The notes: a model not told the origin generated them from the letters alone. A stretch of 32,000 nt of DNA from Gammaproteobacteria bacterium (GCA_965279305.1 OZ257143.1:450001-482000), one strand, 5' to 3'. Counted from the stretch's first letter, positions 17,193 to 25,807 are shown. A program made the numbers and translations.

Positions 17193-17221
17193 GTGACAAA
17201 CAGGCTGCCAAAGAGTAGAAT
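17193..17221 (+). promoter_or_regulatory. sigma70-type promoter candidate for the ABC/MFS genes
   Basis: GTGACA (17193-17198), a hand-counted 17-nt spacer, then TAGAAT (17216-17221), 20 nt upstream of ATG 17242. The same GTGACAA read on the minus strand (TTGTCAC) could serve as the -35 of a weak rpoZ promoter (TTGTCA-18-TATACA). Confidence 0.4.
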
Positions 17222-17241
17222 GGTGTAAAACAGCTATTATT

Positions 17242-19011
17242 ATGAAATTACCTCACACTACGTTTCCATTTATTTTTCATTTCATCCGCTTACAGTGGAA
17301 AAAATTCGCATTTCTGATGCTTGTACCCATCGCTTGGGGAACCACAGAAGCCACCTTCCCTTTCTTTATAAAGGAACTGGTAGACACATTAGCGGCTACA
17401 TCAGGGGGCGTGTATGAAACTTTTTATGCCGCACGATATGTCCTTTTGGCTCTTGTTTTAGTTTGGGTGGTCAGCGAAGTATTAATCAGACTACAAGGGT
17501 TTGTACAGATTTATACTTTTCCTTTCTTCCGAGCTCAAATACGAGAAGCCACTTTTAATTATGTAAAACATCATTCTCACGACTATTTCTCACAAAATTT
17601 TGCGGGAAATCTTTCTAAAAAACTATCTGATCTCCCCAGTAGCTGCCAAGATGTACTTGAGATTATTTTCTTTAACTTTATCACGGCAGGTGTTGGTGCT
17701 GCTATAGCACTAGTCATGATGTGGTTTGTTCAACCTATGTTTGCTTTGATATTATTTACCTGGTTATTTTTTCACCTCGGGATCACTTTTATTTTCTTAC
17801 GTCGCGGTCATAAACTATGGAGTGACTATGCAGACGCCCTTTCAGCACTTAATGGAAAAGTCGTAGATATCTTCAGCAACATCATGTCTATGCGAATTTT
17901 CTCACGTGGTGATTATGAGCTTCAATACCTAAAAAAATCCCAAAATATTGAAATAAAAAAATCTCAAAAAGCCATGCTTACTGTTGAATTTATGCGAATC
18001 GCTTTAGGTATTAATGGAGTATCGTTGATATTAGTCACTATGTTTACCTTGGTTTACGCATACTCTCAACAATGGATTACCATGGGTGATTTTGCACAGG
18101 TCGGCATGCAATCCTTTTGGTTACTGGGCTGGGCTTGGTATATTACTTTTCAATTGTCTATGTTAATCAAAGAAACAGGCACTATTGATGATTGTTTAGA
18201 ACTCATACGAAAAAGCCATGATTTAAAAGATATATCAGATGCCAAATCACTAATTGTTCATAAAGGAGAAATTGAATTTTCGCATGTTAACTTCTCATAT
18301 CAAAAAAATCGATATATATTTAAAGACTTAAATATAAAAATTCCTGCCGGTCAAAAAATAGGATTGGTTGGTTTTTCAGGAACAGGTAAATCTACTTTTG
18401 TAAATTTATTATTGCGATTTTATGATGTGACTTCTGGAAAAATCAGTATTGATTCACAAAGTATTGCTGAAGTCACACAAGATTCTTTACGCGAATATAT
18501 TTCCATGATCCCACAAGATCCTTCTTTATTCCACCGAACACTGATAGAAAATATACGTTATGGAAAATTAGATGCTACCGAAAAAGAAGTAATGGCAGCA
18601 TCAAAATTGGCGCATTGTCATGAATTTATAAAAACACTAGATAACGGCTATGACACTATGGTGGGCGAAAGAGGTATTAAATTGTCAGGCGGGCAACGCC
18701 AACGTATTGCCATTGCACGCGCTATTTTAAAAAATGCTCCTATACTGATTTTAGATGAAGCTACTTCTTCTCTAGATTCAGTCACTGAAAAACTGATCCA
18801 AGAAAGCTTACATGAACTGATGCGTGGAAAAACCACTATTGTAGTCGCACATCGTCTTTCAACCTTGGATAGCATGGATCGTATTTTAGTATTTGATCAA
18901 GGAAAAGTAGTAGAAGACGGAACTAAAAAAGAATTACTAGCCGCCAAAGGGTATTTCTATAAACTCTGGAATATGCAAACCCACGGATTTTTACCCGATG
19001 ACATCGTTTAA
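17242..19011 (+). CDS. ABC exporter, fused permease/ATPase half-transporter (MsbA/multidrug-exporter type)
   Basis: 589 aa with an N-terminal six-helix TMD. Walker [11 protein letters not shown]-loop IPQDPSLF, signature [14 protein letters not shown], Walker [14 protein letters not shown]-loop VVAHRLST. No C39 peptidase domain. Confidence 0.85.
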   Translation: MKLPHTTFPFIFHFIRLQWKKFAFLMLVPIAWGTTEATFPFFIKELVDTLAATSGGVYETFYAARYVLLALVLVWVVSEVLIRLQGFVQIYTFPFFRAQIREATFNYVKHHSHDYFSQNFAGNLSKKLSDLPSSCQDVLEIIFFNFITAGVGAAIALVMMWFVQPMFALILFTWLFFHLGITFIFLRRGHKLWSDYADALSALNGKVVDIFSNIMSMRIFSRGDYELQYLKKSQNIEIKKSQKAMLTVEFMRIALGINGVSLILVTMFTLVYAYSQQWITMGDFAQVGMQSFWLLGWAWYITFQLSMLIKETGTIDDCLELIRKSHDLKDISDAKSLIVHKGEIEFSHVNFSYQKNRYIFKDLNIKIPAGQKIGLVGFSGTGKSTFVNLLLRFYDVTSGKISIDSQSIAEVTQDSLREYISMIPQDPSLFHRTLIENIRYGKLDATEKEVMAASKLAHCHEFIKTLDNGYDTMVGERGIKLSGGQRQRIAIARAILKNAPILILDEATSSLDSVTEKLIQESLHELMRGKTTIVVAHRLSTLDSMDRILVFDQGKVVEDGTKKELLAAKGYFYKLWNMQTHGFLPDDIV

Positions 19012-20209
19012 AAAAATATTTTTTATTACTATCATGGGTAATATTTTAGAATATTACGATTTTCTTTTGTTTGCTCATTTGGGTTTTATCATAGCCCCTA
19101 TTTTTTTTCCTGTTGAAGATCCCATGCTTTCGCATTTGTTTAGCTTATTATTGTTTGGATTAGCATTTGTTGCTCGCCCCATAGGTGGTTGGCTTTTTGG
19201 AAGATTAGCCGATAAGAATGGAAGAAAAGCCGCATTAATATCCGCATTATTTTGGACTAGCTTCCCCGCTTTTGGATTAGCGTTATTGCCCGGATATGAA
19301 GTGATGGGAATAATGGCTGCTATTTTATTTGCGGGCTTTCGATTTATGCAAGGAATCACCGTTGGTGGAGAATATCCTAACGTCGGGACCTATATCATGG
19401 AATTTTCTCCGCACAATAAAGGTTTTCTCAGTGGAATGTTAGGCGCATCAGGCTCTGTCGGAAGTTTATTTGCATTGGGATTTGCAGTGATATGTTTACA
19501 ACCCGATGCGCCTGATTGGTTATGGCGCGTAGGCTTTCTTCTGGGTGCTATTGGTGCAGTCGTCGGTTATGGATTACGCAAAATATTAACGGAAAGTCCT
19601 GAATTCCAAAAATCAAAAGAACTTCCATTAGTACAAACCACTGATTTATTTATTCATCAGAAGCAATATCTTACTTTTCTAATAGGAGCCATTATTGGTA
19701 TTACTGTCTTTATTCCTATGACATATACCAACTTTTATGTAACCAAAACATTAGGCTTTACATCAACCCAAGGTTTATTCGCTACATTGATTGGTTTGAT
19801 TACCTATATTACCTTCACACCTATCTTCGGTTACTTATCAGATAAAACAGGCCATATTCAATGGATGAAATATTCCACTCTCATTAGTGCACCTTTAGGT
19901 TTATTATTTTTTTATTTTTTACTATCAGGTCATGTTTGGCTAGCTCAAGTAGCACTTACTTTATTAGCAGCTAGCGTAGCAGCACCCGTGCATCCCATTA
20001 TTAATGGCTTATATTCCACTTCGCATCGTGCAAAAAATGTAGCCTTATATTTTATGAGCGGCGCCAGCATAGGAGGACTAGCCCCCTCTATTAGCGGTTA
20101 TCTGGCCAATGTATTTGGATTTATATGGGCACCCGCATGGTTTATATTTATAGCAGGTATAGCTACCTATTTAATGATCATTAAATTACAACACAAAAAA
20201 GGGCTTTAA
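18998..20209 (+). CDS. MFS transporter, metabolite:H+ symporter (ProP-like) family
   Basis: 403 aa and polytopic. MHS-family signatures GNILEYYDF, RPIGGWLFGRLADKNGRK, QGITVGGEY and WRVGFLLG. The ATG lies 14 nt inside the ABC gene 3' end. Confidence 0.8.
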   Translation: MTSFKKIFFITIMGNILEYYDFLLFAHLGFIIAPIFFPVEDPMLSHLFSLLLFGLAFVARPIGGWLFGRLADKNGRKAALISALFWTSFPAFGLALLPGYEVMGIMAAILFAGFRFMQGITVGGEYPNVGTYIMEFSPHNKGFLSGMLGASGSVGSLFALGFAVICLQPDAPDWLWRVGFLLGAIGAVVGYGLRKILTESPEFQKSKELPLVQTTDLFIHQKQYLTFLIGAIIGITVFIPMTYTNFYVTKTLGFTSTQGLFATLIGLITYITFTPIFGYLSDKTGHIQWMKYSTLISAPLGLLFFYFLLSGHVWLAQVALTLLAASVAAPVHPIINGLYSTSHRAKNVALYFMSGASIGGLAPSISGYLANVFGFIWAPAWFIFIAGIATYLMIIKLQHKKGL

Positions 20210-20219
20210 TGCCCATTTT
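20201..20219 (+). terminator. weak intrinsic terminator candidate after the MFS gene
   Basis: GGGC (20201-20204) / GCCC (20211-20214) with loop TTTAAT, which contains the stop codon, followed by ATTTTG. The stem is short. Confidence 0.3.
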
Positions 20220-20331
20220 GTGCGTTTTCTCGCTGCCAAAATTCATCAAATAGCTGATTTACAGGGTAAATCCACTTACTTATCATGGGTTATGTGCTCC
20301 TTTTTTACCCCTTGAAATAATTACATTTTGT

Positions 20332-20649
20332 ATGTACACTGATAGTATAGAAATTGAGTGGGATCCAGCCAAAGACTGTAAGAATTTGGAAAAACATGGT
20401 GTATCCCTTGAACAGGCCTCACAAGTCTTTGAGGGAACTGCGGTCACATTTGTTGATGACCGTCGCGATTATGGAGAAGCGAGATATATTACACTGGGAC
20501 TACTGAATGACCGAATTATGGTTATCACACATACTCCTAGAGAAGATAAAATCCGTATTATTTCAATGAGGAAAGCCAATGAGCGAGAAAAAAAAATCTA
20601 TCAAAAGCGACTTGAAGAGAATAGATGCCATGAAAGACGAGGATATTGA
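20332..20649 (+). CDS. brnT: type II toxin BrnT (DUF497 ribonuclease family)
   Basis: 105 aa. IEWDPAKDCKNLEKHGVSLEQA ... YGEARYITLG ... IRIISMRKANEREKKIY matches the DUF497/BrnT pattern. The toxin gene comes first, as in BrnTA modules. Confidence 0.8.
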   Translation: MYTDSIEIEWDPAKDCKNLEKHGVSLEQASQVFEGTAVTFVDDRRDYGEARYITLGLLNDRIMVITHTPREDKIRIISMRKANEREKKIYQKRLEENRCHERRGY

Positions 20650-20854
20650 TTATTCTGATATCCCAGAACTTGATGATTCTTTTTTTGAACGTGCAGTTAT
20701 AGTAACTTTACCCCAACCAAAAGCCAGCGTGACCTTGCGTGTAGATCACGATGTATTAACGTGGTTTAAGAAAAAAGGTAAAGGGTATCAAACTCATATG
20801 AATGCTGTATTAAAATCTTATATGAACGCTCATAAAAAACATAAGCATGCTTAG
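20579..20854 (+). CDS. brnA: type II antitoxin BrnA (BrnA_antitoxin/DUF4415-like)
   Basis: 91 aa. MKDEDIDYSDIPELDDSFFERA ... KASVTLRVDHDVLTWFKKKGKGYQTHMNAVLKSYM matches the BrnA pattern. GAGGAAA SD before ATG 20579. 71-nt out-of-frame overlap with brnT. Confidence 0.8.
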   Translation: MSEKKKSIKSDLKRIDAMKDEDIDYSDIPELDDSFFERAVIVTLPQPKASVTLRVDHDVLTWFKKKGKGYQTHMNAVLKSYMNAHKKHKHA

Positions 20855-20867
20855 TTTAAGCGTTTTT
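20847..20867 (+). terminator. weak terminator-like hairpin spanning the brnA and gmk stop codons
   Basis: GCTTA (20849-20853) / TAAGC (20857-20861) with loop GTT. It is extendable by T-G and A-T pairs (20847-20848 / 20862-20863), then TTTT (20864-20867). The stem has low GC content. Confidence 0.3.
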
Positions 20868-21482
20868 GTGGTGGGCGAGAAAATCTTTTACTAGCTCTGA
20901 TTGCAGTTCTTCTTGGCGCTCACGACGTAATCGCTGAGCACGAACAATCGCCTCTAAATCAGACACCGCATTTGCAAATACATTGTTCACTACCCAGTAA
21001 TCAAAATGTTTAGCATGTGCAATATCCTGATCCGATACAGCCATTCGTTGATCAATAACCTCGGATTCATCTTGACCGCGTTTTTGTAAGCGTTGTAATA
21101 ATGCTGCTCGTGAAGGTGGGAATACAAAGATACTGACCGCATTAGGATAAAGCTTCATAATTTGCTGTGCGCCTTGCCAATCAATTTCGAGGATCACATC
21201 TAGGCCTAATTCTAATTGTTCCATCACCCACTGTTTGGTCGTGCCATAATAATGGCCATATACTTCTGCATACTCAAAAAAGGCATCTTGCTTAATGAGT
21301 GTTTGAAATTCGTCTTTATCTACAAAGTAATAATCGAAGCCAGGGCGCTCTGCGGGGCGTTTTGGGCGTGTGGTATGAGAAATAGAAATAACAAGCTTAT
21401 CGGTTTGTTGCAATAATGCATTCACTAAGCTGGTTTTACCCGCACCGGAAGGCGCTGATATCACGTACAAATTGCCCTTCAT
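20856..21482 (-). CDS. gmk: guanylate kinase
   Basis: MKGNLYVISAPSGAGKTSLVNALL (P-loop) and HTTRPKRPAERPGFDYYFV. Start ATG 21482 with an AAGGGG SD gives 208 aa. The track's 34-aa extension to 21584 overlaps the rph start and is non-conserved. Confidence 0.9.
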   Translation of the reverse strand: MKGNLYVISAPSGAGKTSLVNALLQQTDKLVISISHTTRPKRPAERPGFDYYFVDKDEFQTLIKQDAFFEYAEVYGHYYGTTKQWVMEQLELGLDVILEIDWQGAQQIMKLYPNAVSIFVFPPSRAALLQRLQKRGQDESEVIDQRMAVSDQDIAHAKHFDYWVVNNVFANAVSDLEAIVRAQRLRRERQEELQSELVKDFLAHHKNA

Positions 21483-21492
21483 AGTTTTCCCC

Positions 21493-21545
21493 TTACCGAA
21501 CACTCTAAAAGAGGATATAATACTGTTTATTATCAACATTGTCAT
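21493..21545. promoter_or_regulatory. overlapping divergent promoter candidates for rph (+) and gmk (-)
   Basis: Plus strand: TTACCG (21493-21498), 17 nt, TATAAT (21516-21521). Minus strand: ATGACA (21545..21540), 17 nt, TATTAT (21522..21517). The two -10 hexamers occupy the same TATAATA sequence. Confidence 0.4.
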
Positions 21546-21563
21546 CCCACTTAATGAGTATTT

Positions 21564-22283
21564 ATGCGCCACGAAAATCGTCAACCCAATGAATTACGCC
21601 CTTTAAACTTTACTCGCCATTTCACCAAATATGCTGAAGGCTCTGTATTAGTTGAATTTGGAAACACCAAAGTGCTATGCAATGCCTCTGTAAAACTCGA
21701 TCAAGCACCCCGTTTTTTAAAAGGAACAGGACAAGGGTGGGTAACTGCTGAATACAGCATGCTTCCACGCGCTACCGGTGAAAGAACTGATCGTGAAGCG
21801 GCCCGCGGGCAACAAGGGGGCAGAACGCTAGAAATTCAGCGTTTAATTTCTCGTGCATTACGCAGCATGGTAGATTTAAAAAAACTGGGTGAACATTCTA
21901 TTATTGTGGATTGCGATGTAATCCAAGCCGATGGTGGAACGCGCACTGCTTCAATTAGCGGCGCTTGCGTAGCATTAATCGATGCGCTAAATTTTATGAA
22001 AGATAAAAAGATTTTTTCTAATGTTCCTTTGATTCAATTAATCGGTTCAGTATCGGTGGGTATCTGTGAAGGGGTTTCACTATTAGATTTAGATTACAAA
22101 GAAGATAGCCGTGCCGAAACCGATATGAATGTAGTCATGAATGAAACGGGTGGATTTGTAGAAATTCAAGGCACTGCTGAAAAAAATGTATTTTCGGCGG
22201 AACAAATGTCAGAAATGGTTGGGCTTGCCTCACAAGGTATTTCCACCATAATTAAAAAACAACGTGAAGTACTTGGAATATAA
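21564..22283 (+). CDS. rph: ribonuclease PH
   Basis: 239 aa with [28 protein letters not shown] and [16 protein letters not shown] motifs. Confidence 0.95.
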   Translation: MRHENRQPNELRPLNFTRHFTKYAEGSVLVEFGNTKVLCNASVKLDQAPRFLKGTGQGWVTAEYSMLPRATGERTDREAARGQQGGRTLEIQRLISRALRSMVDLKKLGEHSIIVDCDVIQADGGTRTASISGACVALIDALNFMKDKKIFSNVPLIQLIGSVSVGICEGVSLLDLDYKEDSRAETDMNVVMNETGGFVEIQGTAEKNVFSAEQMSEMVGLASQGISTIIKKQREVLGI

Positions 22284-22294
22284 GGCACTAATAC

Positions 22295-23665
22295 ATGGAA
22301 GAAAAACACGTCATTAATGATCCTATTCATGAGGTCATGCGAATTGGTGACACTCAAAATAATTGGATTAAACCCTTTATTGACACTGATAATTTTCAAC
22401 GCTTACGTAATATCAAACAAATGGGATTAGCGGATATTGCGTATCCTGGCGCTATTCATACACGATTTAATCACAGTATCGGTACCAGTTATATTGCGAG
22501 CCGCCTTGCTGATCAACTGTCTCTTACTCAACATGAAAAACAAAAAGTAATGATTGCCTCTTTAATGCATGATATTGGGCATGGTCCCTTCTCTCATGCC
22601 TTTGAAGGTCTATTTAAAAATGAAAAAGGCCAAAAAACATTAACTCATGAAGAATGGACACCTTATTTTTTAAACGAATATAACAACCCTAAATTTGTAG
22701 ATCACTACAACAATATCAACCCTAACTTTCCTTTAGATGATACTTTTTTCAGTGAAATAAATGCTTATATTACTCATGGAAATATTAAAGGCGAGCAACA
22801 TGTATTGGCAGATATCGTTTCTTCGCAATTAGATGCTGATCGCATGGATTACTTATTGCGTGATGGTCACTTCTGTGGCGTTTCTTACGGTAATTATGAT
22901 TTAAATTGGTTAATTCATTGTTTAACCACCTGCGATGATGGGCATGGAAATCGCCGCTTAGCCGTTACCTTAAAAGGCATTGGTGCGGTTGAACAATTTC
23001 TGATTGCACGCTCTCTTATTATTCGAAACTTATGTGTACATAAAAAGGTAAACGCTGCTGAGTTTTTACTCATTCAAATGTTAAAAGAAATTCGTAATAA
23101 TCTGGATGATCCTATTTTTAAACCATTAACCGCTAGCCCGCTAATTGAATTTTTAAAAGCTACTCGCGATGTGAATCAAAAAAACAAAAAAGACATATTA
23201 GATAAAGGTTTTCCTTTCTATAAAACATTATGTGATTTTGACGTTTACTATGTGGCACGTTACTTATACCAATTACATGATAAATTCCCTCATGTATCGG
23301 CAGTACGTTTGGCTAAACGTTTATATCGCCGTCAGTTACCTTTGGCTTATCGTATTAAGCCAGAAAAAATTAATGAAGTAAGACAAATGATAGAAGCTGA
23401 AAAGCATCATATTCCGGTAGAATCTTGGCAGGTAAGTTTTCATAGTCCTAAATTTACGGTATACAGACAAAAGCAGGAGCCTATTTACGTGGTTGAAAAT
23501 GGTAAAGTGGTAGGCAGCCTAGCAGAAGAATCTAAAATTATTGATTCTATTTCTGATTTAACTGAAGATATTTGTTTCTTATTTGTGGATAAACGCGCCT
23601 ATGATGAAAATCCTCGCGTACAAAAACTAATTAATAATCTTACCGATGTGTGGTCACTACGATAA
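22295..23665 (+). CDS. HD-domain phosphohydrolase, SAMHD1-like dNTP triphosphohydrolase family (COG1078-type)
   Basis: 456 aa. INDPIHEVM..., FQRLRNIKQMG, HTRFNHSIGT, LMHDIGHGPFSH and LDADRMDYLLRD form the family-typical motif series. Starts 11 nt after rph. Confidence 0.8.
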   Translation: MEEKHVINDPIHEVMRIGDTQNNWIKPFIDTDNFQRLRNIKQMGLADIAYPGAIHTRFNHSIGTSYIASRLADQLSLTQHEKQKVMIASLMHDIGHGPFSHAFEGLFKNEKGQKTLTHEEWTPYFLNEYNNPKFVDHYNNINPNFPLDDTFFSEINAYITHGNIKGEQHVLADIVSSQLDADRMDYLLRDGHFCGVSYGNYDLNWLIHCLTTCDDGHGNRRLAVTLKGIGAVEQFLIARSLIIRNLCVHKKVNAAEFLLIQMLKEIRNNLDDPIFKPLTASPLIEFLKATRDVNQKNKKDILDKGFPFYKTLCDFDVYYVARYLYQLHDKFPHVSAVRLAKRLYRRQLPLAYRIKPEKINEVRQMIEAEKHHIPVESWQVSFHSPKFTVYRQKQEPIYVVENGKVVGSLAEESKIIDSISDLTEDICFLFVDKRAYDENPRVQKLINNLTDVWSLR

Positions 23666-23689
23666 TCTAGATTTTATAGGATAACGTTT

Positions 23690-24337
23690 ATGGCGGGTAA
23701 ATTTTTTTCATATTTTTGGAAAACAAGTGATGAAATAACATCACCTGATCTGGAGATGAAACCAAGATCAAGCGACGATACATCGGCATTTGATGCTCTT
23801 TCTGCTTTTCTTGCACAGTTCAAATATACTGATGAAAATGGAAAAAGAATTGGGCTATTGTTGTTTAGTAGTAACAATAAGCTGACAACCTATCTTGAAA
23901 AAAAATCCACAGAAATAATAAAAGAAACAGAAAAAATAGCAAAAACAGATCAGTCTGATATTGAAATAATAAATGTTTTTTTAGATTTTATAGAACAATC
24001 TCTTATTGATGTGAGAAGACATCGATTTTATTTGGGTGATATAGAAAGAGTTTTTGTTCCACTGCCAAGTAGAGGTAATGAAATACGTGAGCGTTGCACT
24101 GATTATAAAGTACCTTATTATTCTGGAAAGTTTGAATCCAATTTGATCGCGGGTTTGTCTGCTATGAGACCTTACGTAACAGCTACTCAAAAAGAAAAAA
24201 TAAAAGCGATTATAGAACTTGCTGAAACACCCCAGCATAAACAAATAATCGAAGTTTCAGAACATTCGTTTACGCCTGGCCCTGCGAATTACGATAATTT
24301 ACTATTTGGACCAACAGCATATATGTATGGTCCTTAA
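23690..24337 (+). CDS. hypothetical protein (orphan, no recognisable domain)
   Basis: 215-aa ORF with an AGGA SD 8 nt upstream, 24 nt after the HD gene. No TM helix, signal peptide or motif that I recognise. Contains a K/E-rich predicted helical middle and a locally very AT-rich segment (my hand count of 23881-23980 gives 25% GC). Confidence 0.6.
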   Translation: MAGKFFSYFWKTSDEITSPDLEMKPRSSDDTSAFDALSAFLAQFKYTDENGKRIGLLLFSSNNKLTTYLEKKSTEIIKETEKIAKTDQSDIEIINVFLDFIEQSLIDVRRHRFYLGDIERVFVPLPSRGNEIRERCTDYKVPYYSGKFESNLIAGLSAMRPYVTATQKEKIKAIIELAETPQHKQIIEVSEHSFTPGPANYDNLLFGPTAYMYGP

Positions 24338-24340
24338 CCT

Positions 24341-25111
24341 TTACAAATCATAATCTATAATCAGCGGCGCGTGATCAGAAAAACGCTCCGCTGTGTATAT
24401 GCTTTCTTGTTTAATTTTATCTCTTAACCCAGGTGTTACTACTTGGTAATCAATTCTCCATCCTACATTTTTAGCTCTTGCTTGTCCGCGGTTTGACCAC
24501 CAGGTGTATTGATCCGGTTTATCATTAATATGCCTAAAAGCATCTACATAATCTAAATCATTAAACACCTGATCTAGCCAGGCTCGCTCTTCTGGTAAAA
24601 ATCCTGAATTCTTTAAATTGCCTTTCCAGTTTTTTAAATCGATAGGTTTATGCGCAATATTCCAATCGCCACAGACAATATATTCACGATCCTGTTTTTT
24701 CATATCGCTGAGTATTTGTTTATAGCGATCTAAAAAAGCATATTTTTCATTTTGTCTGTGTTCACCGCTTGTTCCAGAAGGCAGATAAAGTGAGGCTACG
24801 GTGACTTTATCAAAATGAGCGGCAATATAACGCCCTTCTTGATCAGCTAGTGCAAAATCTAATCCTTTCACTACTTCTTTGGGTTCTTCGCGTGAATAAA
24901 TGGCAACACCGCTATAGCCTGGCTTTTCGGCAGGAAAATAATAATGATGATAGCCTTCAGGATAAAATTCTGGCGCTGCTAGCTGATCTTCTTTTGCTTT
25001 AATTTCTTGTAAACACACTACATCGGCATTTTGCTGAGCCAACCAGATAAAAAAGCCTTTTTTGGCCGCGCTTCGGATCCCGTTTACATTGGCGGTTATC
25101 ACTCTGTACAT
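24341..25111 (-). CDS. xthA: exodeoxyribonuclease III
   Basis: 256 aa with ANVNGIRSA, VVCLQEIK, CGDWNIAH and FSDHAPLIIDY motifs of the EEP/ExoIII family. Confidence 0.9.
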   Translation of the reverse strand: MYRVITANVNGIRSAAKKGFFIWLAQQNADVVCLQEIKAKEDQLAAPEFYPEGYHHYYFPAEKPGYSGVAIYSREEPKEVVKGLDFALADQEGRYIAAHFDKVTVASLYLPSGTSGEHRQNEKYAFLDRYKQILSDMKKQDREYIVCGDWNIAHKPIDLKNWKGNLKNSGFLPEERAWLDQVFNDLDYVDAFRHINDKPDQYTWWSNRGQARAKNVGWRIDYQVVTPGLRDKIKQESIYTAERFSDHAPLIIDYDL

Positions 25112-25165
25112 GTTTTTTTACCCATTTAGTAATATACTATGGAAAACTGATAATAAGGCTCTGAT

Positions 25166-25804
25166 ATGATGCACTCTTACCAACGCGACTTTATACAACT
25201 CGCTATTAATCACAATGCCCTAACCTTTGGCGAATTTACATTAAAATCGGGTCGCCAAAGCCCTTATTTCTTTAATGCAGGCGAGTTCCATACTGGCCGA
25301 ACCATATCGCTGCTTGGCCACTATTATGCGCAAACCATCCTCAATGCTCAACTAAAATTTGATGGCTTATTTGGTACCGCATATAAAGGTATACCGTTAG
25401 TCACCACCACTGCTGTGGCATTAGCCCGCGATTTTGAAATAGACGTACCTTATAGTTATAACCGCAAAGAAGCGAAGAACCATGGTGAAGGCGGGCATTT
25501 AGTAGGCGCACCGCTAAAAGGTCGCATTCTTATTATTGATGATGTGATTTCAGCAGGTACTGCTTCTAGAGAAGCGATTGATATGATTCAAAAAGCAGGC
25601 GCAACAGTAGCTGGAATTGTTATTTTATTGGATAGACAAGAAAAAGGCACCGGCGAAAAATCAGCGGTACAAGAACTCGAAGAATTATCGAATGCGCCTG
25701 TGCATAGCATTATTAAACTGGATGATGTGCAAGAATATATGTCGCAAGATCCGGCTATTCAAAAGAAAATAGCAGAGTATCATAGTAAGTACGGCGCTAA
25801 ATAA
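25166..25804 (+). CDS. pyrE: orotate phosphoribosyltransferase
   Basis: 212 aa with FTLKSGRQSPYFFN, AYKGIP and the PRPP-binding ILIIDDVISAGTA. The start could equally be the second ATG at 25169. Confidence 0.9.
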   Translation: MMHSYQRDFIQLAINHNALTFGEFTLKSGRQSPYFFNAGEFHTGRTISLLGHYYAQTILNAQLKFDGLFGTAYKGIPLVTTTAVALARDFEIDVPYSYNRKEAKNHGEGGHLVGAPLKGRILIIDDVISAGTASREAIDMIQKAGATVAGIVILLDRQEKGTGEKSAVQELEELSNAPVHSIIKLDDVQEYMSQDPAIQKKIAEYHSKYGAK

Positions 25805-25807
25805 AAC

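Noticed and set aside
17242-20209. ABC plus MFS pair as a type I secretion, bacteriocin or siderophore export locus
   Set aside because: There is no C39 peptidase domain on the ABC protein. There is no HlyD/MFP or TolC-like partner, no precursor peptide ORF and no biosynthetic gene nearby.
17086-20331. tRNA, sRNA or attachment-site remnants in the larger spacers (17086-17241, 20210-20331, 11172-11289)
   Set aside because: There is no cloverleaf-compatible sequence or GTTCGAATC-like T-loop. I found no direct repeats matching between the two ends of the insert. The short ORFs (10-14 codons) lack start context.
22295-24337. HD protein plus orphan as a bona fide phage-defence island
   Set aside because: The flanks are pure housekeeping genes (rph, xthA, pyrE), there are no other defence or mobility genes, and the HD gene is operonic with rph. 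It is kept as a finding, but the defence interpretation cannot be supported from sequence alone.
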